In this document: piece by piece, positions 18,203 through 20,000 of the stretch
Layout of the letters: each line of letters begins with the position of its first letter
Position numbering within the stretch: position 1 is the first letter of the stretch
Source of the DNA: an uncultured virus (IMG/VR IMGVR_UViG_3300025131_007349)
Lineage: Duplodnaviria > Heunggongvirae > Uroviricota > Caudoviricetes
Strand: one strand, 5' to 3'
Virus record (IMG/VR): IMGVR_UViG_3300025131_007349
Length of the DNA: 20,000 nucleotides
The notes under the pieces: generated by a model
What the model was told of the DNA's origin: nothing
Seen by the model: the letters and a program-made list of their open reading frames with translations, nothing else
Database searches by the model: none
Made by a program: the position numbers and the translations under genes

Positions 18203-19726
18203 ATGGGAGCAATTAAATTTACAAAAGAAGCGTTTAGTGGGATTACAGACCCGAGCCAGAGCAGTCAACTTACAATGTTTGTTGGTTCTGGACAAGATAA
18301 TCAATTAAACCAATTATATTTCAGAACATCTGATGGTACAAATGTTAGAGCGTTGACAGACGCTAATAGTACTGATGGTATTAAAGTGGAAGATTTGACG
18401 GATAGTTCTGATAAAAAAGTAACACAAATTAAAGGTGGTTATATTAAGATGACTGGAGCTACAAATTCTGGAATGACTTCCGGAATTAGTATGACTTTAA
18501 CATGGAGTGGTATGACATATGAACACCAATTCAAAGGTCAAAAACTATATTCAGGTGTTACTTGGGCTTCCGGTACAAGACATGTAGTAGGTGATATTGT
18601 TTATGCTGAAGATGTCTCAACCAACACATGGAATTATGGTGCAAAGACAGGAACTTATTATAAATGTTTATTAACTCACTGGTCAGCAGAAAACCCACAA
18701 GTAGCGGGTAGACAAGGTTTTGACCACACAACGAGTTGTTCTAATTGTTTCCCAGGGATTTATGACGGTATGAGAGACCAACAAGCGTCCCCACCACAAG
18801 TATGGGAACCGGTAAGTAAAATTGGTTTTGTTATAGGAGAAGAAGCCATTAGAGATTTACAGGTTGCTACAGCACCATATGTTATGACTGGAACCACGGT
18901 ACTGGTAACTGGATGTACAGATAATACAGCTCTTAACTACAACCCATTTGCTAATGTACTTTGTAATAATTTGGTAAACCCTAACGGGTCTTGGTCACTA
19001 AGTAATTGTTGTATATACAGTGCTTCAACAGGAACAACAACGGGAGCTACATTTGGTATATCAGGTTGTACAGATATAACTGCAATAAATTATAACCCAT
19101 TAGCTACATTTGGATGTTGGGGGTCAACTAGTTTCTCAGGTATTGGTGGTAGTTATGGGACCTATGTGGACCAAATAACTGCATTCGGTGCTAATTGTTC
19201 TGGAGCTACCGCGTATCAATTTACACAAAATTGTTGTTGTGATTATACTGGAAATACAGGAACTACAACTTTTGTGTCGGTAACTGGTATGACAGCAATC
19301 ACACAAACATGTCAACTATCAACACAAGATATTTTACCTTGTACACCAGGTGGTTACATCTCTATAGGTGGTGGACAACCTTGGTTGGCACCAACAGGTA
19401 ACATTGACACTATTAGTCTTAAATCAGATAATATAATTTTAGGCCAACCAGGAGGACTACAGTCTTCAGCTTCAGATGAAGTTAATACCTACGCCAAAAA
19501 TATCACTTTGTATGTCAGACAAGATGGCACTAACCCTGGAAATTCAGATGGTGTACGGATAACACATGATGCCGCCAATCAATACCAAGCATATTTCGGA
19601 CTTAACAAACCCTACACACCAACGTCCGGTGCAGCGGGAGTAACGGGAAGTATAAGTTGGGATGAGGATTATGTTTATGTGAAAACAGTTGGTGGTTGGA
19701 AAAGAGCATCTTTAAGTACATTCTAA
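18203..19726 (+). CDS. Fibre-like structural protein with a CBM5/12-like module, two GCTD repeats and a phage C-terminal motif
   Basis: 507 aa. WASGTRHVVGDIVY...YYKCLLTHWS...PQVWEPV (18563-18814) resembles CBM5/12 chitin-binding modules. GCTDxTAxNYNPxA repeats at 18911 and 19064. The C-terminal GSISWDEDYVYVKT.GGWKRASLSTF resembles a short domain common in phage fibre proteins. Confidence 0.75.
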   Translation: MGAIKFTKEAFSGITDPSQSSQLTMFVGSGQDNQLNQLYFRTSDGTNVRALTDANSTDGIKVEDLTDSSDKKVTQIKGGYIKMTGATNSGMTSGISMTLTWSGMTYEHQFKGQKLYSGVTWASGTRHVVGDIVYAEDVSTNTWNYGAKTGTYYKCLLTHWSAENPQVAGRQGFDHTTSCSNCFPGIYDGMRDQQASPPQVWEPVSKIGFVIGEEAIRDLQVATAPYVMTGTTVLVTGCTDNTALNYNPFANVLCNNLVNPNGSWSLSNCCIYSASTGTTTGATFGISGCTDITAINYNPLATFGCWGSTSFSGIGGSYGTYVDQITAFGANCSGATAYQFTQNCCCDYTGNTGTTTFVSVTGMTAITQTCQLSTQDILPCTPGGYISIGGGQPWLAPTGNIDTISLKSDNIILGQPGGLQSSASDEVNTYAKNITLYVRQDGTNPGNSDGVRITHDAANQYQAYFGLNKPYTPTSGAAGVTGSISWDEDYVYVKTVGGWKRASLSTF

Positions 19727-19729
19727 AAA

Positions 19730-20000
19730 ATGGAATTTTTTGTAAGAAAAAATAGTAATGAACCGATACTGAAGATGCAATTGATTCAGGATGGGAGAAG
19801 TGACTTTAAACACTTTCATGATAAATTATCGAATGCTGATATTCGTTTTTCTATGAGAGATGTTGAAAATGGGGCTTATGTACTTTTAAATAAAGCTGCC
19901 GGAATCGTCGCTAAAACAACCATTCACGAAACTGACCCACCAGAGTATTACATTTATTATAGATGGCAATCTAGTGATACTGAATTCACAGGTCGATATC
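19730..20000 (+). CDS. 3'-truncated protein resembling the BppU N-terminal (upper baseplate) Ig-like domain; absent from the ORF track
   Basis: ATG at 19730, three nt after the previous stop, open to the window end: MEFFVRKNSNEPILKMQLIQDGRSDFKHFHDKLSNADIRFSMRDVENGAYVLLNKAAGIVAKTTIHETDPPEYYIYYRWQSSDTEFTGRY. The pattern F.++.N...P.L...L ... +.FSM ... Y.W...DT...G.Y is BppU-N-like. Confidence 0.7.
   Translation, partial: MEFFVRKNSNEPILKMQLIQDGRSDFKHFHDKLSNADIRFSMRDVENGAYVLLNKAAGIVAKTTIHETDPPEYYIYYRWQSSDTEFTGRY

Noticed and set aside
1678..19729. Intrinsic terminators, tRNAs or structured RNAs in intergenic gaps
   Set aside because: The gaps are at most 54 nt and AT-rich, and show no convincing GC hairpin with a U-tract or cloverleaf.
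1..20000. Alternative genetic code (stop codon recoding)
   Set aside because: The standard code yields long ORFs tiling the window, ending in TAA or TGA and followed by AT-rich spacers or coupled starts. No TAG stop is used, but no in-frame TAG readthrough is needed either.

Overview
AT-rich, densely coding window with eleven co-directional + strand genes. The first is open at the 5' edge, and the last runs off the 3' edge and is missing from the ORF track. It reads best as the virion-surface/tail-baseplate region of a large tailed dsDNA phage, with sequence hints of a Bacteroidota host (inference). The first 12 kb encode giant Cys-rich proteins built from repeated disulfide- or metal-type modules separated by poly-Thr linkers, which is a mucin-like layout. 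One of them carries an apparently intact Nal1-type trypsin-like serine protease inserted inside a Cys module. In the middle of the cluster sits a compositionally ordinary 323-aa DxD glycosyltransferase whose motifs recall plant peptidyl O-glycosyltransferases (GT96 SGT1 / GT95 HPAT). Downstream lie a LamG-like protein, small tail-fibre-like proteins and a BppU-N-like gene. A TATTTA(T/A) motif precedes six of the genes. Lead hypothesis: a phage-encoded protein O-glycosylation system that builds a mucin-like glycoprotein coat or fibre. All family assignments are motif recognition by eye, not database results.
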